Of a stretch of DNA of 64,000 nt, positions 34,048-42,792 are shown one piece after another. A model generated the notes under the pieces. It did not search any database, was not told the DNA's origin, and saw nothing but the letters and a program-made list of their open reading frames with translations. Positions within the stretch are counted from its first letter, which is position 1. Each line of letters opens with the position of its first letter. Location: the NCBI GenBank assembly GCA_041567315.1, contig JBFGCA010000003.1, positions 15,398-79,397 of the forward strand. Direction: 5' to 3'. Made by a program: the position numbers and the translations under genes. The DNA comes from Thermoanaerobaculia bacterium. Lineage in GTDB: Bacteria > Acidobacteriota > Thermoanaerobaculia > Multivoradales > JAHEKO01.

Positions 34048-34226
34048 CCTGCACTTCTCACCGGGTCGCTCGGCGAGCGGGCGCAGGCGCCTGAAGATGC
34101 GGGGCTTACCGACGGAGGGCACCACAGGCGTACTCGAAGTACGTCGAGGATGCCCGACCGAGGAAAGTCCCGCAGATTCAGGTGCATCCGCCCGCGCAGC
34201 AGGGAGCCGGTGAGAAGTGCAGGCTA
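34045..34226. repeat. 182-bp palindromic element with perfect 20-bp terminal inverted repeats
   Basis: TAGCCTGCACTTCTCACCGG (34045-34064) is the exact reverse complement of 34207-34226. The interior is also imperfectly self-complementary (CCTGAAGATGCGGG / CCCGCAGATTCAGG, central GTACTCGAAGTAC). Both arms include the stop codons of the convergent flanking genes. Confidence 0.8.
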
Positions 34227-35306
34227 GACCGGGCGGATCACTTTCGCCACCCGACCACCGCGGCCGATCTTCACCCGGTAGGCGCGGCCGGCCTGGAATC
34301 CGAGCCACGCCTGTTGGTCGGAAGTCCGGTAGGCGAGCGTCCGGCCGTCGGACGCCGTGAAGTGGACGGTGTAGACGGCGGTGCGCTCTCCCTCCCGTTC
34401 CGAGGGCGCCAGCCGCAGCGCCGGCCATTGAGGCGAGCGCCCCTGATCGCCTGTCTTGGACGTCCGGACGACGCTCCATCGCTCGCGCTCGAAGCGCACC
34501 ATGTCGCGCCCCGGCGGGCCGCGGGCCGGCACTTCGCGGCGCACGGTCTGGTACACCGGCCGGTCCTCGTAGACATCCTCGAAGTAGCCGTTGCCGAGGT
34601 CGCGGACGCCGACCTTGACCCGTTCGGTGCCGATCTGGACGTACTCGGTGACGGTGCGGGTGGCTCCTGTGCCGGCGGACTCGTCGAGCAGCCGGGCACC
34701 GGCCGGGACCTCGCTGCGGCGGGCCTCTTCGACCACCGTCTCGACAGCCTCGATATCGATGGTGCGTTGCCAGGAAAAGCCGGTGACGGTGGCGACGCCC
34801 TCCTCGCGCGAGCCTCCGAGGTAGACGAAGAGCAGCCCCAGCAGCACCAGGACCAGGCACCCGAGGGCCAGCCGCCGCCCGGACCGCCGACGTCCGGTCC
34901 GCTGGTAGCGGCGCTTGAGCTCCTTGCGGCGCGCGGCCGAGGGTCGCTTGCCGGTCGACCGTTGAGTCGCGGCGGCGGGCGCCGCAGCCCGATCCCGGTG
35001 CTCGACGACCTGGCGGTGCTCGGCGCCCTCGCCGGGGGCGCCGCAGCCCGTGCAGTAGTCGGCGTCGGCGCGGTTGTCGCCGCCGCAGAACCCGCACTGC
35101 CAGTCAGCCCCGGAGCCGGCCCGCTTCAGGGCCTCGGCGTCGGTGACCTCGGGGGCGTCCTCGGGGAGGTAGAACTCGACCTCCGGCCCGCGGGGGAATC
35201 CGCAGCCGGCGCAGTACTTCTCCGGACCGCGGTTCGCCCGCCGCCCGCAAGCCGGACAGTCCCAGGCGCCTTCCCGAATGGCCATTGCGGTTCCCATGTC
35301 CCCCAC
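34224..35306 (-). CDS. Membrane protein with two N-terminal zinc ribbons and an unknown extracytoplasmic domain
   Basis: Track ORF. CPACGRRANRGPEKYCAGCG and CGFCGGDNRADADYCTGCG, then TM helix LALGCLVLVLLGLLFVYL, then ~190 aa of unknown domain. Start ambiguous (GTG 35306, ATG 35297 or ATG 35285). Confidence 0.65.
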   Translation of the reverse strand: MGDMGTAMAIREGAWDCPACGRRANRGPEKYCAGCGFPRGPEVEFYLPEDAPEVTDAEALKRAGSGADWQCGFCGGDNRADADYCTGCGAPGEGAEHRQVVEHRDRAAAPAAATQRSTGKRPSAARRKELKRRYQRTGRRRSGRRLALGCLVLVLLGLLFVYLGGSREEGVATVTGFSWQRTIDIEAVETVVEEARRSEVPAGARLLDESAGTGATRTVTEYVQIGTERVKVGVRDLGNGYFEDVYEDRPVYQTVRREVPARGPPGRDMVRFERERWSVVRTSKTGDQGRSPQWPALRLAPSEREGERTAVYTVHFTASDGRTLAYRTSDQQAWLGFQAGRAYRVKIGRGGRVAKVIRPV

Positions 35307-35469
35307 CAGGTCGTCGCGGGACGGCCGCAGGCATCTGCCGCAGGGGGGTACCGCGGAAGCCTAGCCGCACTTCCGGCCAGCCGGCGCCACGCGGCCGGGT
35401 AGCCCCGTCCCACTCCCGCGGGCTGGCCGACTGCGGCGTCCGGCTGGCGCTACTGCGTCGCGACGAGCA

Positions 35470-35892
35470 CTACCCGCGCCGCGCTCTTGCGAAGACCGGG
35501 GAGATCTCGAGGCGGGGCACGCGCGCGAAGTGGCGCAGGTTGCCGGTGACCAGGGTCAGGCCGTGGCGCAGGGCGGTCGCGGCGATCTGGAGGTCGGCAT
35601 CGGGCAGGAGCTCGCCGCGCTCCTCGAGGTGGGCCCGGAGGGCGCCGAACTCGCGGGCGACTCCGAGATCGTAGGGGAGCACGGTGACGGCCGGGAGCAC
35701 CCGCTCCTCGATGTTCCGGAGGTGGCGATTGCGGTTCTGCGAGCGGTAGGCACCCTTGTACAGCTCGCCGAGCACCACGGCACTGGCGAACTGATGCTCC
35801 CGCGGCACGGTTTCGATCCACTCGAGGTAGCGCGCCGCGGGTCTCGGGCGCAGCAGCTCCGAGATCGCGTCGGTGTCGAAGAGGTAGGCCAA
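35470..35892 (-). CDS. vapC: PIN-domain toxin VapC
   Basis: Track ORF. MAYLFDTDAISELLR and ADLQIAATALRHGLTLVTGNLRHF are typical VapC signatures. Confidence 0.85.
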   Translation of the reverse strand: MAYLFDTDAISELLRPRPAARYLEWIETVPREHQFASAVVLGELYKGAYRSQNRNRHLRNIEERVLPAVTVLPYDLGVAREFGALRAHLEERGELLPDADLQIAATALRHGLTLVTGNLRHFARVPRLEISPVFARARRG

Positions 35893-35901
35893 GCCGGTGC
35901 C

Positions 35902-36180
35902 TCAGTCGAGCTCGGGAATCCGGCGGCCGGCCGTGCGACCGTACTCCAGGGCTTTCTCCGCCACCTCCTCCGACCCCTCCCACCCCCCGGCCAGGCTGGC
36001 CAGCCCGCCCGCGGGACCGGCGGCCCTCAGACGTTCGACCTCCTCGAACAGATCCATGGGGACCAGCGCGACGACCCGCCTGCCGTGCCGGGTCAGCACC
36101 ACGGGCTCGCCGCTCTCGGCCTGGCGGACACACTCGGAGAAATGGGCCTTGGCGTCGACGATGGAGCGGCTCGTTGGCAT
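35902..36180 (-). CDS. Phd/YefM-family antitoxin
   Basis: ATG 36180 inside track ORF 35902..36216. SIVDAKAHFSECVRQAESGEPVVLTRHGRRVVALVPMD. CATAAT (complement of 36187-36192) lies 6 nt upstream of the start. Confidence 0.8.
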   Translation of the reverse strand: MPTSRSIVDAKAHFSECVRQAESGEPVVLTRHGRRVVALVPMDLFEEVERLRAAGPAGGLASLAGGWEGSEEVAEKALEYGRTAGRRIPELD

Positions 36181-36364
36181 GAGGTCATTATGATCCTTCA
36201 GACCGTTTCCATGCAAGCTCGGCTACGTTGCCCTCCTCCGAGTCCCACCGCTCGAGGTGCAGCGCGATTGCGGAACCGAGGGGTTGCGGCGTTCCTGCGG
36301 GGTCGCGCGGGAGGGCTGATACAGTCCTCTCAACATCTGCTCTCGGTAACTGGGGAGGTCGTCG

Positions 36365-37402
36365 ATGATCCCGAGATCACCGCTCATGCGGTCCTTCGCG
36401 CTGCTTCTCGTCTTCGGTTCGGCGTCGCCGTCGGAAGCGCAGGATCCGTGCACGCTGACGCCGTACGACGGAACCAACGAGAACGGTCTGGGGGCCGCGC
36501 CGGGGTTCGTCATCGAGTACTGCTCGGAGATGGACGTGCCCGAGACGTGCGTCGATCGGGGGAGCTACTTCATCAACGCGGTCCAGGTCGAGGCGACCCA
36601 GACCGGCGGCGACACGACGATGCCGTACACGGCGCAGGTGCGGCGGGCCGTCTTCGCTTCGCGGCTGGGGCCGATCCCGCCCGGGGAGATCGTCGCCGGC
36701 CCGACCCGCGACGTGGCCCAGGGCGTGCCGACGTTTCCGGCCTCGCAGACCTGGGTGACGCCGGTCTTCGACGCCGCCGGCGGCTTCTCGGTCGGTTTCG
36801 ACGCCATCCAGCTCACCTCCGCCTGCGGGGTCCTCGACGGGAACCAGACCGCGAACCAGTTCTTCGGCACCGACGAGACCTCCGCCACGCCCATCAACCT
36901 GTGCTGGAAGGGCGATCCGCCCGCGCCGCCGGCGGAGGACTGCCGGGTCGGAGCCCCCAACCTCCGATCGCTGCGGGTCGGGCTGCAGGTCGCCCCGCAC
37001 GGTGGGAGCGCCGACGGCGACCAGGAAGTGCCGCCGGTCAACACCACGGCCACCGGCACCGTGCGGCTGGGACCCAACACCCCCGGCGGGACCGACTTCT
37101 GGCTCGAGGTGGTCCACGACGTGTCGAGCCCCACCGGAGCCCACATCCACGACGCTCCGGCCGGCGACAACGGGCCGATCGTCGTCGACCTCGGCGACCC
37201 GACCAGCCCCATCGTCCTCGCCAGCGTGGACATGACCGGGCTCATCGACGAGCTCTTCGCCGGCACCCTGTACGTCAACGTCCACTCCGTGGTCAACCCG
37301 GGCGGCGAGATCCGCGGCCAGATCCTCAACTCCGGGGACAACATCTTCGCCGACGGCTTCGAGAGCGGCGACACCGCCTCCTGGTCGAGCAGCGTGCCCT
37401 GA
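36365..37402 (+). CDS. Secreted CHRD-domain protein with FESGD-type C-terminal tail
   Basis: Track ORF with GGGGAGG upstream. Signal peptide MRSFALLLVFGSASPSEAQ. CHRD-like GDQEVPPVNTTATGTVRL...AHIHDAPAGDNGPIVVDL...LYVNVHSVVNPGGEIRGQI. Ends IFADGFESGDTASWSSSVP-stop. Confidence 0.8.
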   Translation: MIPRSPLMRSFALLLVFGSASPSEAQDPCTLTPYDGTNENGLGAAPGFVIEYCSEMDVPETCVDRGSYFINAVQVEATQTGGDTTMPYTAQVRRAVFASRLGPIPPGEIVAGPTRDVAQGVPTFPASQTWVTPVFDAAGGFSVGFDAIQLTSACGVLDGNQTANQFFGTDETSATPINLCWKGDPPAPPAEDCRVGAPNLRSLRVGLQVAPHGGSADGDQEVPPVNTTATGTVRLGPNTPGGTDFWLEVVHDVSSPTGAHIHDAPAGDNGPIVVDLGDPTSPIVLASVDMTGLIDELFAGTLYVNVHSVVNPGGEIRGQILNSGDNIFADGFESGDTASWSSSVP

Positions 37403-37504
37403 CCGCCGGGCGCGGTCTTCCCCGGAGGGTCGTGGACGGGTCTTCGTAGGTGTCTTATACGCACAGAAGAGTATTGTGCGTTCCAGGTCGCCGCCCAACC
37501 GCTC

Positions 37505-37828
37505 GTGTTCCTCGACTACCTGATCGAGGAGCCCGTCCAGGCCGTGATCGTGGGCGGGCGCGGCGTCTTGGTCAACGTCCCGCAGCCAGCTCGCTTCGCG
37601 CTCCACAAGCTCTGGACCGCGGGCCAGCGACCCCCCGCCGAGCAGGCCAAGGTCCGCAAAGACCGCCGGCAGGCGGCCGCCCTTCTCGAGGTCCTGCTGG
37701 AGGATCGACCCGGAGACGTGTCCCGGGCATGGAAGCCGCTCCGCCGCCGCTCGGCCGGACGGCTGATCCGCGAGTCCCTGGATCACCTGCCCGAGCCGTT
37801 GGCAGCAAGAATCAAGAAACTACGGTGA
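37505..37828 (+). pseudogene. Probable C-terminal remnant of a nucleotidyltransferase-fold (GSU2403-like) protein
   Basis: Track ORF of 107 aa. PARFALHKLWTAGQRP..EQAKVRKDRRQAAALLEVLLEDRPGDV resembles, from memory, the C-terminal third of that family. There is no room for the N-terminal NTase core, because the previous gene ends at 37402. Confidence 0.35.
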
Positions 37829-37847
37829 GTGGTCCTGAGCAAGACGG

Positions 37848-37877
37848 TTGACAGGAGGCCGCGTTTTGCACCACACT
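37848..37877 (+). promoter_or_regulatory. Putative promoter of the RHH-PIN operon
   Basis: TTGACA (37848-37853), 18 nt, CACACT (37872-37877), 7 nt, ATG 37885. Same geometry as 29031..29060. Confidence 0.45.
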
Positions 37878-37884
37878 GTAGTGC

Positions 37885-38178
37885 ATGGCGAAGACGGAAG
37901 TCTACAGCTGGCGCGTGTCGCGGGATCTCAAGCTGTCGCTCGAGGAGATGGCGAGACAGCGGCGGGTGAGCGTGGGAAAGCTCCTCGAGCAGATCACCGA
38001 GGAGTGGATCGAAGCTTCAGAGGGGCCCGAGCGGGAACTCGAGCAGGAACGGCTCCGCGCCGCCGCGGGGCCCTTCATCGGTTCGCTGAGCGGTGGCGAC
38101 CCGCGCCGCGCCGAGCAGGCACGCCGCCGGATACGCGAGCGCTTGGGCCGTCGCCATGGACGCGCGCGGGCTGGCTGA
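37885..38178 (+). CDS. Ribbon-helix-helix-type antitoxin (VapB-like)
   Basis: Track ORF. Overlaps the downstream PIN gene by 23 nt. Paralog of 29068..29358. Confidence 0.7.
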   Translation: MAKTEVYSWRVSRDLKLSLEEMARQRRVSVGKLLEQITEEWIEASEGPERELEQERLRAAAGPFIGSLSGGDPRRAEQARRRIRERLGRRHGRARAG

Positions 38179-38590
38179 CACGGGCGCCCTGCTAGCGCTG
38201 CTGGACCGCGACGATCGCTGGCACGAGAGCTGCGCCGCGGCCTTTGCCGAGCTCCGCCTGCCGCTGGCCACCTCGGCCGCCGTCCTGGCCGAGCTCTTCC
38301 ACCTGCTGGGCGATCACCCGGCCGACCAGAAGGCGGCCTGGGGCTTCCTGCGCTCGGGCGCCGTCACCGTCCTGCCCATCACCGACCGCGACCTGCCGGG
38401 CCTCGAAGAGCTCATGGACCGCTACCGCGACCGCCCGATGGACTTCGCCGACGCCACCCTGGTCCACCTCGCCCGCCGCGAGTCCCTGACCACCATTTTC
38501 ACCATCGACCACGACGATTTCGAGACCTACCGCATCGCCGGCCGCCGCCGCTTCCGCATCACCCCCTCTCGTCCCCGGCGCCACCGCTGA
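38156..38590 (+). CDS. vapC: PIN-domain toxin (VapC-like)
   Basis: ATG 38156 (MDARGLADTGALLALLDRDD) inside track ORF 38093..38590. DFADATLVHLARRESLTTIFTIDHDDF is PIN-typical. Confidence 0.8.
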   Translation: MDARGLADTGALLALLDRDDRWHESCAAAFAELRLPLATSAAVLAELFHLLGDHPADQKAAWGFLRSGAVTVLPITDRDLPGLEELMDRYRDRPMDFADATLVHLARRESLTTIFTIDHDDFETYRIAGRRRFRITPSRPRRHR

Positions 38591-38732
38591 GCCGCGGCGC
38601 CCCAGGCCCTGCGGCCGCTTCGGCCGGAGAATCGAAGCCGACGCCCGCGGCCTGTCTCCGGCCACTGAATGGGGTTCAGTCAAGGAGGCGCGCGCGTCAA
38701 GAGCGTGGCCGCTAACCAGGGCGGGCTCGAAA

Positions 38733-38763
38733 GAAGGGCGCCTCGCTCGAGGAGGCGCCCTTC
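38733..38763. terminator. Strong GC hairpin between convergent genes
   Basis: GAAGGGCGCCTC (38733-38744), 7-nt loop, GAGGCGCCCTTC (38752-38763). Perfect 12-bp stem with no clear U-tract. Confidence 0.45.
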
Positions 38764-38867
38764 GTTGGCTGCTTCGACCGCGATCGGCCGCCAGGCCGCT
38801 GCCTTCGATGCCGGGGAGGACCTCCGGGCGGTCGACCCGGTGGCGAGGGCACGGCGGCGCTATGGCG

Positions 38868-39335
38868 TCACGACGTGGAGGCCCAGGGCACCAGGAGGGT
38901 CAAGGGGGTGCCGCTGTTCGGGAAGGCCGCCAGCAGCGTGCCGCCGGTCGCCTGCTCGCCCGCTGCCGCCCGAATGCGCATGATGTTGTACTGCGCCGGC
39001 ACGCGGTTCGAGACGCCGGAGGCGCTCCCGTATCCGGTGGAGTCGACCCTCACCGTGCCCAGCGCGACGTCTCCCCTGTACGTGCCACTGGTCCCGACCG
39101 AGAAGACATAGGTTCCGGGGGCCATCCCGTGGACGAAGACACTCCAGGACCCGTCCGGAAAGACGCTGGCGAAGCCGGAGATCCCCTGGAACCGGGTGTG
39201 CTGGGTGGGGCCCAGCTCGCCGATCCCGATCTCGTTGGCACCCCCGGCGAAGGCCGCCAGCGGCGCGAGGGTGAGCAGACAGATGCTCAGGACGCTCCGG
39301 CAGGTGTGTAGTGTCGCTCTGACTTGCTGCTTCAT
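38868..39335 (-). CDS. Small secreted hypothetical protein
   Basis: ATG 39335 inside track ORF 38868..39470, with GAGGAGG upstream. Signal peptide MKQQVRATLHTCRSVLSICLLTLAPLAAFAGG. Confidence 0.7.
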   Translation of the reverse strand: MKQQVRATLHTCRSVLSICLLTLAPLAAFAGGANEIGIGELGPTQHTRFQGISGFASVFPDGSWSVFVHGMAPGTYVFSVGTSGTYRGDVALGTVRVDSTGYGSASGVSNRVPAQYNIMRIRAAAGEQATGGTLLAAFPNSGTPLTLLVPWASTS

Positions 39336-39548
39336 GAGTTCCTCCTCGGGACCGTGTCCCAGCGTTTGGGTCTTGGGCCGTGGTGCGCACCGTGCGCTTC
39401 GAGCCCTTTTGTTCTCTGTACACGGGAAAGAGGAGAAACACGGGCCAGGTTCTGGCTCACCAACGAGCATCTACGCGCTGGCGATCAGCGGCACTGCGAC
39501 CGCCGAGACGGGCGCCGGGTGGGCGGTGCCGACCCCGCGGCGCGCGCC

Positions 39549-40082
39549 CTATTCGGCGAGCTGCGACAGCACGCGCTGGACCTCGTCGGGGCCACCCTCG
39601 CGGAGCACGTCGCCCAGCGCCGCCGGCAGCTCCTTGCGCAGCGTCCCCCGGAGCCGCGCGTAGATCACCTTCTCGGGGCCCGCGCCGACCACCACCAGGT
39701 CGCCGACCGCTTCCCCTTTGGGCCGGATCAGCACCATTCCCGAACGCTGCTCGTCGTGGGCGCGGATCACCCGCTCCCAGCCGGTGACGGCGATGCGGGT
39801 CACGTCGAGCGCCGGCCCGCTCTCGGCGGGCAGCTCGTAGACCGCGACCTGGAGACTGGTCAGCCCGGCGAAGGGCAGCTCGCCGTCCTCACCGGCCAGG
39901 GCGGTCTTGATGATCAGGGTGGTGAAGCGCCCGAGGTCGAGCTCGAAGGCCTTGAGCGGATCCATCCCGCGCTGGGCCTGGATCTCCGTGCGCATCATCT
40001 CGGGGCTGAAGTTGGTGGCGCAGGAGACGGCAAGCGAGGCCAGGAGAACGGCCGCTACCCGGAGCGAGACATGTTTCCTCAT
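39549..40082 (-). CDS. Hypothetical lipoprotein
   Basis: Track ORF with GAGGAG upstream. Lipobox LASLAVSC. No family recognised with certainty. Confidence 0.7.
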   Translation of the reverse strand: MRKHVSLRVAAVLLASLAVSCATNFSPEMMRTEIQAQRGMDPLKAFELDLGRFTTLIIKTALAGEDGELPFAGLTSLQVAVYELPAESGPALDVTRIAVTGWERVIRAHDEQRSGMVLIRPKGEAVGDLVVVGAGPEKVIYARLRGTLRKELPAALGDVLREGGPDEVQRVLSQLAE

Positions 40083-40123
40083 CTGGATCTCCTCGAAAGA
40101 GCCGAGGATACCCCGTCGCCGGC

Positions 40124-40690
40124 CTAGCGGGTGAAGACCTCGGCGAGCGGGATCTCGAGACCCGGGAGGAGCGGCGTCGTGAGCCGGTCGCCGGCGGCCC
40201 GGCTCAGCTCGGCGGCGGGGTCGAAGCCGCCGCCGGGACCCCGACGCAGCACCTCGATCGTGTCGGCTTCGGGGTCGACGATCCAGTACTCGCTGACCTC
40301 GGACCCCTCGTAAAGCTTCTGCTTGACACCCCGGTCGCGACCCTCGGTGCCGGGCGAGAGGATCTCCACCACGAGGTCCGGCGCCCCGCGCAGGTTGGCC
40401 TCGGTGAGGACCGACCAGCGATCGCGGCTGAGGTAGATCAGGTCCGGCTCGACGACGTCGAAATCGGAGAAGATCACGTCGAGCGGCGACAGGAAGACCT
40501 CGCCCAGGTCGTTCTGCCGCAGGAACTCCTTGATGAGGTAGTAGAGGTTGCCCAGCACGAGCTGGTGGCGGGGCACCGGCGACGGGGTCACGTAGTGCAC
40601 CCCGTCGATGATCTCGTGCCGCTTGCCGTCGTCCGGCAGCTGCAGGAAGTCCTCGTAGGTGAGCTTCGTGCGCGTCTTGGGCGCGGCCAT
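40124..40690 (-). CDS. Uma2-family (DUF820) endonuclease
   Basis: Track ORF. TYEDFLQLPDDGKRHEIIDGV, PDLIYLS, APDLVVEILSPGT and EYWIVDP. TACAAT (complement of 40703-40708) lies 12 nt upstream of the start. Confidence 0.85.
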   Translation of the reverse strand: MAAPKTRTKLTYEDFLQLPDDGKRHEIIDGVHYVTPSPVPRHQLVLGNLYYLIKEFLRQNDLGEVFLSPLDVIFSDFDVVEPDLIYLSRDRWSVLTEANLRGAPDLVVEILSPGTEGRDRGVKQKLYEGSEVSEYWIVDPEADTIEVLRRGPGGGFDPAAELSRAAGDRLTTPLLPGLEIPLAEVFTR

Positions 40691-40851
40691 GAGTCGACCC
40701 TCATTGTACTTGGGAACGGAATTCGCGCTCGGGATCTTGCGACCTTCGCGGCTTGCGCTCGCGGCGCCGGGGGCCTGGCGATCGCGGGCCCGTTGCGCGC
40801 CGGAGGCTGCGGCGGCCGGCCTGCCGGGGTACGCGAGCGGCGGCTGTCGAG

Positions 40852-41952
40852 TCAGAGGTTAGCGGTCGGGGTGAGGAGGCGTTCGAGGTGCTCGGCGATC
40901 TCGGCAGCGCCGGTGAGGGTGCGGGGGGCGGGGCGCTCGGCGGCGAGAAGAGCCGGTAGCTCGGCGAGCCAGCCGCCGTCGTCGAAGGCGGCGGGGGGGA
41001 CGGTGGCGACGGGCAGGTGGCGGGCGGCGTAGGCGGTGAGGACGCGGCTTTCGGGGAAGCGGGGCCGATCGACGAAGAGCAGGGCGGTGCCGGCCTGGAG
41101 CGCTTCGGCGAGGGTGCTGTAGCCGGGCTTGCCGACCAGGACGTCGGCGGTGGCGACCAGGTCGGGGTGGTGGATCGGCGAGTGGTGGGGGAGGAGGCGG
41201 AGGTTGCCGCGGAAGGCGGGCTCGGGGGCGGCGCCGAGGAGGACGAAGACGGCGTCCGGGTAGCCGGCGAGGGGCTCCGTGCGGTCGAACTCCCAGGGAA
41301 TGCCGCCCATGGTGACGACCACGAGCGGGGTGGCGGCCTCGACCTCGAGCCGCCGGCGGACCTCGGCGGGCGGCGAGCGGAAGGCCCGGGCGACCGGCCC
41401 GACCGCGACCGCGCCGGGAAGTGGCCGGCAGCAGGGGGCGGCCTGGAGGCGGAGGGTGGCGAGGTCGTAGAGCGCGCGAAGCGGCTCGATGAATCGCTCG
41501 AGCCGCGGCTCGTCGGCGACGTAGGCCCGGTAGATCCAGTCCCAGGTGAAGCTCTCGACCAGAACCGAGGGGAGGCCGGCCCGCTCGGCGGCGGCGATGC
41601 CGAGCGGGGAGACGTCGCAGAGCACCAGCCGGCAGTCCAACTCGTGGAGACGGTCGGCGAGCGGCGCCAGCCGCGCCTCGTCGAAGGGCAGGAAGCCGTC
41701 GAGCGCTTCGACGGTGGCCGGCAGATCCTCGTCGATGGCGCTGCGCTGCACCAGGCCGACGTCGGCGAGACAGTCGTGGAGCTCGAAGGGAGCGCCGAGC
41801 GATTCCTCGAAGAACCACCGAGGCCGACGCGTGAAGAGATGTGCCTCGAGACCGGGCCGCCGCCGGTGGAGCGCCTCGAGCGCCGCCACCGCACGGGCGG
41901 CGTGCCCGAAGCCGTGCGGCGTGATGAAGGCGGCGACGGGGTCCCGGGGCAT
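40852..41952 (-). CDS. Glycosyltransferase-like protein (GT-B / MurG-like fold)
   Basis: Track ORF. N-terminal FITPHGFGHAARAVAALEAL and C-terminal LVGKPGYSTLAEALQAGTALLFV resemble GT1/GT28 nucleotide-sugar binding regions. The start abuts the upstream stop (TAG-ATG). Confidence 0.6.
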   Translation of the reverse strand: MPRDPVAAFITPHGFGHAARAVAALEALHRRRPGLEAHLFTRRPRWFFEESLGAPFELHDCLADVGLVQRSAIDEDLPATVEALDGFLPFDEARLAPLADRLHELDCRLVLCDVSPLGIAAAERAGLPSVLVESFTWDWIYRAYVADEPRLERFIEPLRALYDLATLRLQAAPCCRPLPGAVAVGPVARAFRSPPAEVRRRLEVEAATPLVVVTMGGIPWEFDRTEPLAGYPDAVFVLLGAAPEPAFRGNLRLLPHHSPIHHPDLVATADVLVGKPGYSTLAEALQAGTALLFVDRPRFPESRVLTAYAARHLPVATVPPAAFDDGGWLAELPALLAAERPAPRTLTGAAEIAEHLERLLTPTANL

Positions 41953-42792
41953 CTAGTAAAGGAACAGCCGGCTGCCGTCGGGCAGGCGGGCGGCCGGCTG
42001 CTCGCGGTGGATGCCGATGCCGAAGACGGCCGACTCGAGTGCCCGGTAGGGCATTCGGGCCGCGCGCACCACGGCCCATGCGGCGCCTTTCTCCTGTTTC
42101 TTGCTCTCACCTGGATTTTCTGCCGGACTCTGATCGGCAGGCTCGGACAGGCCGGCCTCGCCCTCTGCCTGGACCTCCGGCCAGGCCGCCGCGACCTCGC
42201 CCCAGGCTCGCGTTCGCGCTCCGCGCCGGACGTGGATGGGATCGAAGCCGTACCAGTCGGTCGAGGGCCGGACGGTGGCGAGGCCGCGGCGGGCGGCGAT
42301 CTCGGTCAGCCGGCGGTCGAGGTCGTCGGTCCAGTCGAGCACCTGGGGAAGGCCGTAGCGGCGGCCGGGGAAGAGCAGGTTGCGGAGCAGCAGGAACGGC
42401 AGCGGCCGGAGCCGGCGGAGGCTGCCCAGCGGCAGGCGAGTGAGGACGGTGGGAGCGCCGAGTGCTGCCAGCCGCTCGGCGCACTCTTCCACCCGGGCGG
42501 CCACCTGCTCGGGCGAGAGCCCGAACATCAGGTCGTTGCCGACGTCGCTCAGCAGCCCGAGGGTCGGCGCCGGGCGATCGCCCAGCGCGTTCCACAGCCC
42601 GCAGTCGACGACCGGCGGCAGGGTGCGCGCCGCGTAGCGGCCGGGGCAGCCGTAGCCGCGGCCGTTGCCGGCCGCCACCCAGGCGTCGAAGGGGCCCCCG
42701 AAGCGCTCTCGCACCGCCGCCAGCAGCCACGGGAGACCACGGGTCAGGTTGCTGGCCCCCAGCAGCACCAGCCGCAGACGGCTCGGGGTCAC
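41953..42792 (-). CDS. SGNH/GDSL-like hydrolase family protein
   Basis: GTG 42792 inside track ORF 41953..43143, overlapping the pdxH stop as GTGA. LVLLGASNL (block I-like), GNGRGYG, DVGNDL and DPIH (block V-like). Confidence 0.55.
   Translation of the reverse strand: MTPSRLRLVLLGASNLTRGLPWLLAAVRERFGGPFDAWVAAGNGRGYGCPGRYAARTLPPVVDCGLWNALGDRPAPTLGLLSDVGNDLMFGLSPEQVAARVEECAERLAALGAPTVLTRLPLGSLRRLRPLPFLLLRNLLFPGRRYGLPQVLDWTDDLDRRLTEIAARRGLATVRPSTDWYGFDPIHVRRGARTRAWGEVAAAWPEVQAEGEAGLSEPADQSPAENPGESKKQEKGAAWAVVRAARMPYRALESAVFGIGIHREQPAARLPDGSRLFLY

Noticed and set aside
34160-34171. GAGGAAAGTCCC, resembling the conserved CR-I GGAAAGUCC motif of bacterial RNase P RNA. A related GAAAGTCCCGCC occurs near 19776.
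   Set aside because: The surrounding intergenic regions (176 and 309 nt) are too short or lack the other conserved RNase P blocks, for example ACAGAACCCGGCUUA-like. The 34-kb copy is part of the palindromic element. I treat it as a chance match.
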